From: Candidatus Thorarchaeota archaeon
GTDB lineage: Archaea > Asgardarchaeota > Thorarchaeia > Thorarchaeales > Thorarchaeaceae
Assembly: GCA_020348985.1 (NCBI GenBank)
Contig: CP070761.1
Span: 3,065,494 to 3,129,493, forward strand
Direction: 5' to 3'
Length of the DNA: 64,000 nt
Notes under the pieces: generated by a model
What the model was told of the DNA's origin: nothing
The model's input: only the letters and a program-made list of their open reading frames with translations
Database searches by the model: none
Shown here: piece by piece, positions 49,706 through 58,373 of the stretch
How positions within the stretch are numbered: position 1 is the stretch's first letter
How the letters are laid out: every line of letters begins with the position of its first letter
Program-made: the position numbers and the translations under genes

Positions 49706-51706
49706 TCAGGTGACAGATTCCTTTCTTACAACATATACGTCAGACCTAGGAACATACGCACCTTTCAGGTATCGTCTGAGAAGAGACAACGTCGCGTTTC
49801 TTCGAAGCCCTCGTTCTCGTGCAAAGGAAGTCACTCGGATCACTCGTTCTTCTTGTGCGTAATCGCGCAGGCCTTCAACCCATATCCCGTCTACAATCAC
49901 GCCAGCTTCTTCGACCACGAACTCGTTGTCTCCGACATGTGGTTGAATCACACCAAGAACTTCTTCAGGAACTAGGGCGAGTCCCCTTGCCGTCGCATCG
50001 AAATCGAAGACACCTTTCTTCGTAAGCGTCTGCTTCATTAGTTGAACCATGACTCGAGGTGCAACAAGCTTCCCTCTCGCAGACTTCAACGCATCAAGAT
50101 GCATTCGGTCAACAAGTCGTTCCAGATCTGCAACGTCCAGACCTCGTTCTTCAGCTATCTGCGGTGGGTCAAGAACCCCTTTCTTGGCGAAGATGGCACG
50201 CATTTCCTGCTCAATCTTCTGCGCTGGTATTAGCGCGCCTTCGCCATCAATGAAAGCGTCTACTTGAACCTGCGACAGAATGGCTTCTGCAACGCGAACT
50301 TCAATTTCGAACTCCTTTGCTAGAGTCCCCGGATCAACTAGCTCACCCTTGGCGACTTGGCTTTCAATTCGCTTCCTTATCCAAGTTAATGAGAGATGAT
50401 CCCCTGAAGGAGTAGCCACTGTCTTTAGGCCGAAACGTTCAAGCAGCATACGAAGTTGTATGCCAGCAAGACTCCAAGTCTCCTCAACCTCGTTTGCTCT
50501 GATGAATCCTGATTCCTTTATCGAGTCAAGGAGCCATCTCCTGAACTCTTGTAGTGATATGTATCTGCCATCAGACCCCTTCCTCAGTCCTGGAATCTGA
50601 CCGATCAGCTGCTTGATTAGTGTTGCACTGACGCCGAGAGCTTTTGCAGTCTCGTCTGCTATGACCATCCCACTCAGTGCAAGGTCTTCTTTGATCCTGT
50701 CAGTTAGATATGTCAGCAGCACAACAGAGCCATAATCTGTTCGGACAAACTGATGCCCCGCTTTTCGGATATGGCGGAGAATCTCTGATTCGCCAACGTG
50801 CAGCCGTTCTGTCTCCTTGTCGAGCTCCAGAATTCCTTCCGCCATTATCTTCTCTATTATGTCCCCCTCAAGAAGATGTGCAGGCACCAAACGGCCATCA
50901 GTTGTCTCAATCATCTTCCAACCAAATCGACGAATCGAATTGTGAATATCTCGGGAATCTAGGTCCAGTCGAGTCGCAAGTGACTCAGGCGCGAGAAACC
51001 CTTCCTGCTCAATTCCCTTCTCAAGAGCCCTCTGCAACCAATTGTAAGAAACAAGTTGACCTAGTCTTGTCTCGACTAGGTTCCAGCCCCAAGTCATAAC
51101 GAGGCGAACCAATTCATCTCTCTTTACCCTTATCCTTTGTGACTCCGAAGTAACATCAATCCGTCCATGTAGTTCAAGGAATTCTTTGAGACGATCCTTT
51201 AGTTCAGGAACAAGAATGAAATCTCCGTCTTCGGTTCTTACAACATCAAGCCCCTCGCTCCTGCAGACAGCTTCGACAATCTCTACAATCTCGGATTCGG
51301 TTAAATCCCATCTACTTGATTCACCAGAAACATGAACTGAGCCACTTTCCATTAGTTGAGAACGAAGACGATCTGTGAGCAATGGCGCTGAAATCACAGT
51401 GCTACCAGAGTAGCTCAGAATTGCATTCCTGCTTGCTTTGATAACGCTCTTCATAGCTGACATATCGAGGCCTTTCTTGTGCAGTGTCCTTGAAAGTACC
51501 TCAATTGATATAGAAGGTTGGATTACGAGAATTCTGTCGAGATGTTCGATCTGCAGCCTCCTAACTCTGGAAGTCCAAGCATAGAGACCGGCTCCGATGC
51601 CCCCTAGAATCAGGAGTGCAGTCAGCATTCCCCAGAAGGGGTCCGCTAGGAACTCGAATTGAAGTAGCGCACTCTTTACTGCGCTACTAGAGAGTGATTC
51701 GTTCAC
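49706..51706 (-). CDS. N-terminally membrane-anchored protein of 11 tandem winged-helix repeats (DDRGK1/UFL1-like)
   Basis: TM at aa ~24-44 followed by RVRR; ~55-aa repeats, each three helices plus a T/S-x-D-G-type beta-hairpin. Confidence 0.7.
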   Translation of the reverse strand: MNESLSSSAVKSALLQFEFLADPFWGMLTALLILGGIGAGLYAWTSRVRRLQIEHLDRILVIQPSISIEVLSRTLHKKGLDMSAMKSVIKASRNAILSYSGSTVISAPLLTDRLRSQLMESGSVHVSGESSRWDLTESEIVEIVEAVCRSEGLDVVRTEDGDFILVPELKDRLKEFLELHGRIDVTSESQRIRVKRDELVRLVMTWGWNLVETRLGQLVSYNWLQRALEKGIEQEGFLAPESLATRLDLDSRDIHNSIRRFGWKMIETTDGRLVPAHLLEGDIIEKIMAEGILELDKETERLHVGESEILRHIRKAGHQFVRTDYGSVVLLTYLTDRIKEDLALSGMVIADETAKALGVSATLIKQLIGQIPGLRKGSDGRYISLQEFRRWLLDSIKESGFIRANEVEETWSLAGIQLRMLLERFGLKTVATPSGDHLSLTWIRKRIESQVAKGELVDPGTLAKEFEIEVRVAEAILSQVQVDAFIDGEGALIPAQKIEQEMRAIFAKKGVLDPPQIAEERGLDVADLERLVDRMHLDALKSARGKLVAPRVMVQLMKQTLTKKGVFDFDATARGLALVPEEVLGVIQPHVGDNEFVVEEAGVIVDGIWVEGLRDYAQEERVIRVTSFARERGLRRNATLSLLRRYLKGAYVPRSDVYVVRKESVT

Positions 51707-54626
51707 TTCTCAGCCTCTTCTTGTAGATCTCCATCCCAACTATTGCAGGCAATGAAAGCACGATACATACAATCCAATCGAACAACGTCAAAGGTATGAA
51801 GTAGAAGTGAAGGCCATACGTTGACAGGATTTCTGGGACCAGTGGGTGATACATAAGGAGGAAGTGAGCCAGATATATCAGACCCAAGAAGGGTACAAAT
51901 CTACCGGTGCCAGGTTCACGCAGACTGGATGTTATTGGCATGTTGATTCTTCTGATGATCAGCACAAGAGTGCTCTCGACAAGAAGAATCACTGTCAAAA
52001 GCATCACTGCAGCCTTTGCTTCATAGACCGTTCTTCCTGCCTCAAATGGCTCTACTACTGGATAGAATCCTTCGAGATTCTCAGGATAGATGCCGACAAT
52101 TCCGAACCAGCCAGTATAGGTTAGGAGGTAAGCCATACCGGCTCCAAGTGCCATTAGAATGACGTTTATGGCCATGAAACGAGCCATCTGCTTAGTGATT
52201 ATTTCTTCACTATCGCGGGGTTTCTCTTTCATTGCCCCAGGTGATGTTTTGTCGAAGACAAGTGCCAATCCAGGGAACGAGTGCGTTGTGACTACTAAAT
52301 AGAGTGCTTGCCAAGTTGTTAGAAGATTGATGACTTCGGGAAGAATGAACATGGCCCCGAAGAATATGATGCTCTCGAATAGGTTGATGGCTACGTAGAA
52401 GTAGATCATCATTCGAATCTTGGTGAAAAGACCACGACCCTGGTGGACTCCGGTCACAATAGACGCAAAACTGTCATCAGTAATGACGAGGTCCGCGGCC
52501 TCTTTGGCAACATCGGTACCTGTTATTCCCATCGCGATTCCAGCATCACTCATCGCCAAGGCAAGCGCGTCATTAACCCCGTCCCCGGTCATTGCAACTA
52601 CTTTCTTCTGATTCTGATATCTTTCGACGATGACCTGTTTGTGTGCGGGATTAACTCTTGCGAACACGTTGACCTTCGCAAACTCGTGCTCTGTTAGCGT
52701 CTCTATCTGGCCTCCTTCGACTACTAGCGAACCGGGTTCGTGGATTCCAAGATTCTCAGCGATTGTCTTCGCAGTGGCTGAAGAGTCGCCAGTGATCATC
52801 ACGACATTGATTCCTGCACTGTGACAGGCACTCACTGCTTCTTTGACTCCTTCGCGTGGAGGATCGACAATGCATACAAAGCCCAAGTAGATTAGATCCT
52901 TCTCCACCTTGTCCCTTATGTTCGCCCCAGATGGTATCTCATCTAGGCGTTGATAGGCAAAAGAGATGACGCGGTACCCTCGTGCAGCAAATCCGTTTAC
53001 CTGTGCTTGAATTCGTTTGGCGTCGTTTTCGTCCATTGCGGAAGGTCTCCTGCCTCCATTCATCAAAGCACAGCGGGGCAAGAGGACTTCAGTTGCACCC
53101 TTGGTAAACACCACAAGTTTCTTACCGTCTTTGCATACCTTTGACATTCGTTTGAGTTCGGATTCGAATGGAAACTCCTTCTCGATCTTGTACTTCTCTC
53201 GAAGCTCCTCTTCATTTACACCACTCTTCCTAAATAGGGTAAGAAGAGCGGCATCTGTTGGATCACCAATCGGAATCCAATTCACGCCTTGATCCGGGAT
53301 CTCTCTTCGCTCAATCTCCGAATCGTTGTTGATGCCCCCATTGGCTATTATGCGATGAAGTCCCTTCCATCCAAGAACATCGGTCACTTTGACTGCTTCG
53401 CTTGGTTTGAAGAGATCCAAGGAAGAGTCGTCTGGAAGACGAAGAATCTCCCCTATGGGCTCGTACCCTTCACCTGTAACATGATAGAGGTTCTCAGTAT
53501 CCCAGATGAACTTCACCATCATCTGATTCTTGGTCATCGTCCCAGTCTTGTCTGATGCAATGACGCTGACCCGACCCAGGCTCTCGACTGCTGATAGATC
53601 ACGAATAATGACTCCTTTCCTTGCCATTGCTAGGACACCAGTTAGAAGCACAATAGTCGTTAGCAAGGGTATGTTGATTGGCATGATAGTCATTGCTTTC
53701 GTTATACCTATGCTCAGAGTCTCAGCAATTATATTGATTCCGAGATCTATCGGATTGCCAAAGAGAAACGGAACACCGAAGACCGGCCACAAGACAGAGA
53801 GAATCATTAGGAATACTGCTGCTGTGGCGAGATACTTTGCAAGAAGATTCACCTTCTTCCGCAACGGGATGTCGCCCGTGTTCAGTTGCTCCAGTTCTCC
53901 CTGAATCTTTCCAATCTCCGTGCGTCCACCCGTCTCCGTGGTGACGAAAGTCGCTGTGCCTGTTGCAACATACGTTCCAAAGAATACGATGTTAAACATG
54001 TCTGTGAGTGGAATATCCCGTTTGAGTACAGGATCACTCTCCTTGTTTACTGGTATGCTTTCACCGGTCAATGATGCCTCGTTGGTAGTCAGATTTGTAC
54101 ATGTGATAATTCTACCATCTGCTGGTATTCTGTCCCCTTGTTCTAGTTTGACTATATCTCCAGGGACTATTTCGTCAGGAGGTATGGCCGCCTCGCTTCC
54201 GTTGCGAATAACACGTGCCTCACCCGCAGAGAGTTTCTCCAGGGCCTCAAGCTTCTTCTGTGCCCTATATTGCTGAAAGATTGCCACAAGAGCATTGATG
54301 AGCACAACACCCAACCAAATAGTTGCTTGTGCTAGCTCATTGTTGGCAGTTGGAAACATGTATGCGAGTCCGACCAATGCAAAAGAGCTGACCAGGTATA
54401 TCGTAATGAGCCAATTCATTATAGGTGCCAAATACACCTGCCAGAATGTACCCTTGATCTTTGGAATTGTGTTTGGCCCGTATTTGCTGGTTCGAGAGGA
54501 GACATCACTGCTAGATAGGCCGTTCTCGGCGCTAGCTGAGAAGACCTGAAGGACCTCTTCAATAGACATGGCTTGATACTGACTCTCAGCAGATTCTGAT
54601 TCAGTGATGGCGTCGCTTTCAGACAA
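51687..54626 (-). CDS. P-type ATPase, P2A-like scaffold with non-canonical ion-binding site
   Basis: LTGES, SDKTGT, FESELKRMS, KGATE, DPPR, MITGD, FARVNP, MTGDGVNDA; M4 reads PINIP. Confidence 0.93.
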   Translation of the reverse strand: MSESDAITESESAESQYQAMSIEEVLQVFSASAENGLSSSDVSSRTSKYGPNTIPKIKGTFWQVYLAPIMNWLITIYLVSSFALVGLAYMFPTANNELAQATIWLGVVLINALVAIFQQYRAQKKLEALEKLSAGEARVIRNGSEAAIPPDEIVPGDIVKLEQGDRIPADGRIITCTNLTTNEASLTGESIPVNKESDPVLKRDIPLTDMFNIVFFGTYVATGTATFVTTETGGRTEIGKIQGELEQLNTGDIPLRKKVNLLAKYLATAAVFLMILSVLWPVFGVPFLFGNPIDLGINIIAETLSIGITKAMTIMPINIPLLTTIVLLTGVLAMARKGVIIRDLSAVESLGRVSVIASDKTGTMTKNQMMVKFIWDTENLYHVTGEGYEPIGEILRLPDDSSLDLFKPSEAVKVTDVLGWKGLHRIIANGGINNDSEIERREIPDQGVNWIPIGDPTDAALLTLFRKSGVNEEELREKYKIEKEFPFESELKRMSKVCKDGKKLVVFTKGATEVLLPRCALMNGGRRPSAMDENDAKRIQAQVNGFAARGYRVISFAYQRLDEIPSGANIRDKVEKDLIYLGFVCIVDPPREGVKEAVSACHSAGINVVMITGDSSATAKTIAENLGIHEPGSLVVEGGQIETLTEHEFAKVNVFARVNPAHKQVIVERYQNQKKVVAMTGDGVNDALALAMSDAGIAMGITGTDVAKEAADLVITDDSFASIVTGVHQGRGLFTKIRMMIYFYVAINLFESIIFFGAMFILPEVINLLTTWQALYLVVTTHSFPGLALVFDKTSPGAMKEKPRDSEEIITKQMARFMAINVILMALGAGMAYLLTYTGWFGIVGIYPENLEGFYPVVEPFEAGRTVYEAKAAVMLLTVILLVESTLVLIIRRINMPITSSLREPGTGRFVPFLGLIYLAHFLLMYHPLVPEILSTYGLHFYFIPLTLFDWIVCIVLSLPAIVGMEIYKKRLRSERITL

Positions 54627-54856
54627 GATCCTTCCCTCGTCTTCTAGTGGTCTGCTTCAGTCTCCTCACAGATAAATGGTCTCGTTACAAACCCATCTGA
54701 TAGAGAGTACGTTCGAATTGCCCTGCGGGCCTTTTGAAAGTTTTCAGCACAAAGGAGGTGGACCGAAAGGTCTCAAATGCATCGGTCGATAGGTTCATCT
54801 TAGTCAAAAATGAGAGCTTATTGCCGCGCGCGGTACAACACAATCTGGTGCAGACA

Positions 54857-56818
54857 ATGTCGTACTACTGGGAATATCAGCCGACACAAAGCAAGCCCCC
54901 GTCGTCTAGCATCAGAATCATCGGCGTCATTGTGATTCTGATGTTGATAGTCGCCACAGGTCTGGTCATGCTAATCCCTGATTTTCGCGGGGGTGCTCAA
55001 CCTGGCGAAGAAGTACGAGTTGCTGTTGTAGATTCAGGTGTCAACTCAGACTTTGCCCTTATAGGACGAATCGTGGCTGAAAGGAGCTTTGTGTCAAGGG
55101 AGAATGGGTATGACTTCAATGAACCATCTCCGACTGACAGTGATCCCGAGGACGTCTCTCATGGAACTGTTGTGGCAACCACGATAGTGCAGAACAGTAA
55201 CAACGCCATGATTGTGAACGCAAAGGTCCTGGATTCATCAGGTTTTGCTACAACTCTTGGAATAATCGCTGCCATCGAGTGGGCAGTCGAACAGAATTGC
55301 AGTGTCATCAACTTGAGCCTTGGAGGAGCCCCCACCTATGGAGACCCTCTTGAGGACAGTGTGGAATGGGCGTTCTCAAAAGGTGTTGTAGTTGTGGCTG
55401 CAGCTGGCAATGACGGTCAAAACGGAGTGTCTGGAACATCAATTCATTCTCCCAGCGTCCATCAGCACGCACTGAGTGTCGGCGGGTTAGATGAGCAAGG
55501 GGCTCCGGCATACTATACGAGTATGGGCCCAACTCGATCCCGAAGCTTGAAACCAGACATTAGCGCCCAAGGATTCACTCAGACAACAACGGCAATCTAC
55601 TACGGCACAAGTTTCGCGTCCCCGAAGGTCGCCGCCGCCGCAGTTGAGCTGATTGTCTTCTGTAAACAGAACGAGATTATGTACTCTCCAGGTTCTATAA
55701 TGACAGCACTGCTTGCAGGTGCTACGCCCCTTCCATATTCATCCTATCTCGTTGGAGCTGGGAGACTTGACCTCCAAGCCTCCAAGTTGATCATGCTACA
55801 AAACTCAGTTGATGGAGGGCTGCCCCAGATCACTTTTGCACTCCCGGGAACGCTTCCATTTGATTTTGAGAGACTTTTCTATGGAGACTCTTACCAATTC
55901 AACATCCATTTGCTGACGTCAGGGTTCACAGAGTACGATATTGAGGTGACGAGCGCGACTCCCGAGATTTTCGAAATCCAGGCAAGTGTTACTCTGAATC
56001 AAAGCGACTTCGTTCCTTTGACCCTCAACATCCCCGCCGATGGTTTGTCCATTGTACAGGGACAGATTGATTTCGTGTCCCAAGATTATGGGAACTCAAG
56101 TGTCGAGTTTGAAGCTCAGATACACCACTCAAATGCCAGGGTTGCATTCGACATAAGCCATACCGGGTGGTCAATCGACTCATCCTATGGTCAATTCAGA
56201 GCGTTCTATGAGCTCCTTGTCGAGAACGATATATCGGTTAACGAGATTCGTGAAGGCACTGACATCACATCAGGCTTCCTTGACGAGTTTGATGCCGTCT
56301 TCATTCTGGACCCATGTGCTTGGAATCTAGATGAATCAAACCCTGCAAACGTTTCTGAGTTCTCGATTCCGTTTAGTCCTGAAGAAACTCAAGCTTACAA
56401 GGATTACTTTGAAAATGGCGGAGGCATTCTTGTCGCCGGTCTTTCGAACAACACGCTTGATATCCGATCCCTCAATACGTTCCTCAATTGGACCGGATTC
56501 GAGTTCGGTTTCAGTAGCATTTCTAATCAGGGAGACACAGTGGAAGTGACCAATATTACCGCACATGCGGTGACAGTCGGAGTAGATAGCTTCGACTTTT
56601 CTGGCGCACCAATAACCGAGTTAGGCAATGGTACAGCGCTCGCTTTCTACAATGGTAGACCAGTACTTGGAAGTCTTGAAGGAAGTCAGGGCGGCAGGAT
56701 GATTGCAACAGGCACGAACTTCTTCCTCGACAATTGGGGATTGAATGGCATGTACGATTCAGACGACAATGACAATCTTACCGTCAGGATTGCCCTCTGG
56801 TTGTCTGGACTGCTCTAG
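54857..56818 (+). CDS. S8 subtilase with N-terminal anchor and Site-1-protease-like C-terminal domains
   Basis: VVDSG, HGT, AAGND, GTSFASP; RVAFDISH GIFT-like domain; start chosen at ATG 54857 within ORF 54734..56818. Confidence 0.88.
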   Translation: MSYYWEYQPTQSKPPSSSIRIIGVIVILMLIVATGLVMLIPDFRGGAQPGEEVRVAVVDSGVNSDFALIGRIVAERSFVSRENGYDFNEPSPTDSDPEDVSHGTVVATTIVQNSNNAMIVNAKVLDSSGFATTLGIIAAIEWAVEQNCSVINLSLGGAPTYGDPLEDSVEWAFSKGVVVVAAAGNDGQNGVSGTSIHSPSVHQHALSVGGLDEQGAPAYYTSMGPTRSRSLKPDISAQGFTQTTTAIYYGTSFASPKVAAAAVELIVFCKQNEIMYSPGSIMTALLAGATPLPYSSYLVGAGRLDLQASKLIMLQNSVDGGLPQITFALPGTLPFDFERLFYGDSYQFNIHLLTSGFTEYDIEVTSATPEIFEIQASVTLNQSDFVPLTLNIPADGLSIVQGQIDFVSQDYGNSSVEFEAQIHHSNARVAFDISHTGWSIDSSYGQFRAFYELLVENDISVNEIREGTDITSGFLDEFDAVFILDPCAWNLDESNPANVSEFSIPFSPEETQAYKDYFENGGGILVAGLSNNTLDIRSLNTFLNWTGFEFGFSSISNQGDTVEVTNITAHAVTVGVDSFDFSGAPITELGNGTALAFYNGRPVLGSLEGSQGGRMIATGTNFFLDNWGLNGMYDSDDNDNLTVRIALWLSGLL

Positions 56819-56926
56819 ATGGCCAGAAATGAGCTCTTCCACAAATTGAGCACGAAGTGTATCTGGAAGCACCTAGGTTGCGTGTTCTCGGACCTTTAAA
56901 AGGGAAGAGTGGTATGTCTTCTTACC

Positions 56927-57007
56927 AAAAAATACCGAGTCGAATTCGGATGTGCTGATGACTTGAGCTTATACTCGGGTCATCGGCTACCCGAAACTCC
57001 TTTTTTT
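56927..57007 (+). other. Long RNA hairpin ending in a U7 tract (terminator, attenuator or small RNA candidate)
   Basis: 14-bp stem 56954-56967/56974-56987 with three G-U pairs, extended by ttcgg/ccgaa, gagt/actc and A6/T7. Confidence 0.5.
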
Positions 57008-57152
57008 CCGATTGCTGACGTTTGAGGTTATCTTGTATAGCGAGTATTCAGATTGTCTTCCTCACAGCACATAGTACAGCTGTGCACCATCAGTACACTT
57101 AACAAAGGGAATGAAGGCCAACCACGACACGCAACGCAAAGAGGCCCCCAAC

Positions 57153-58373
57153 ATGAGCAAAGTGACCAACGCATCATATGCAGTTCTGATTGCTTGTGTC
57201 CTTGCTCACTTCATGAACCACGTTTACCACGGGATCCTATCTCCCTTTCTTCCAGTCATCACCGACGAACTCAGCCTGAGCTACACCGAAGCAGGTATTG
57301 TTACAAGCGCTGCAATTGTCACGATGACAATGGCGCACCTAGGAGTGGGATATCTGAGCGACAAAGGTTGGGGAGATATTTTCATTCCCGCGAGCATACT
57401 CCTCAGTGCAGCAATTGTCCTATTCGCAAGCTTAGCAACAACATTCCTGTTTCTGGTGATGTGCATGGCTCTTCTTGGTATGGGAGCCTCTGGTTACCAT
57501 CCGAGTGCTTTCCCGGCGCTTACCGTGAAATTCCCAAGAAGGTCACGCGCAAAAGCTACTGGGATGCAAGCTGCGGGTGGTCTAGTCGGCATGGCGTTGA
57601 TCCCTTTATTGGGAGTAGTCCTGCTTGACATTCTGGGCGGTTGGAGAGAGTCAATGTTCGCCTTGGGCGCGGCCGGAATCTTTGTCTTTGTTCCTACTGC
57701 ACTCCTAATGAGATACGCACGGAAAGAAGATGGATTTGTGGAGGCTACGGTTCCTATTCGAGAAGGACCAGAGGGATGGACTAGAGACTTCAAGCTTGCT
57801 CTTGGTGTGATGGGTCTCAGAGGAATACCATTCCGATGTACAACTCTTCTGATGCCCCTTTATCTTGTTGCCAGCTACGGTTACGAGCCACTGTGGGCAG
57901 GGTCTTTGACGACGCTGATGCTTGTTGCTGGCCTTGTCGGTCAGGCGGTTTCCGCACCCCTTTCTGATAGAACTGGACGAAGGGTTCCATACATAGTTAT
58001 CTCGACTGCGGTGGTAGCCCCCTCCCTGTTGTTGCTGAACTTCGCTCTCGATCCTGTCTTTCTTATTCTGGTCTTGATAACCATTGGTTTCTTCTTCTTC
58101 TTTGGAGTACCTGCAACAACAGCCTATCTTACAGAGGTCACTCCAGCTGAATCCAAGGGTCTCGCATTCGGCATATTGTTCTCTTTCGGCGCCATACCAG
58201 GAGCCCTCTCTCCCGCAATCTTTGGCATTATCGGGGATTCATTCGGTCTGCCAGCGTCCATTCTATTCCTAGTGCTTATGGCGTTCTTCGCTTCGTTGAT
58301 TGCAACCCTAATGAAAGACAACGAGGACTATGAACCCAAAATCCCTGTCGCTGCCACATTGATTAGCGAGTGA
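57153..58373 (+). CDS. MFS transporter (Fsr-like)
   Basis: AHFMNH, GYLSDK.G, YHPSA, LSDRTGRR; about 12 TM. Confidence 0.92.
   Translation: MSKVTNASYAVLIACVLAHFMNHVYHGILSPFLPVITDELSLSYTEAGIVTSAAIVTMTMAHLGVGYLSDKGWGDIFIPASILLSAAIVLFASLATTFLFLVMCMALLGMGASGYHPSAFPALTVKFPRRSRAKATGMQAAGGLVGMALIPLLGVVLLDILGGWRESMFALGAAGIFVFVPTALLMRYARKEDGFVEATVPIREGPEGWTRDFKLALGVMGLRGIPFRCTTLLMPLYLVASYGYEPLWAGSLTTLMLVAGLVGQAVSAPLSDRTGRRVPYIVISTAVVAPSLLLLNFALDPVFLILVLITIGFFFFFGVPATTAYLTEVTPAESKGLAFGILFSFGAIPGALSPAIFGIIGDSFGLPASILFLVLMAFFASLIATLMKDNEDYEPKIPVAATLISE

Noticed and set aside
51687-54626. Calling the ATPase a SERCA-type Ca2+ pump or a P4 flippase
   Set aside because: Ca2+ site II residues are lost, and the P4 hallmarks (DGET, M5 Lys, CDC50 partner) are absent.
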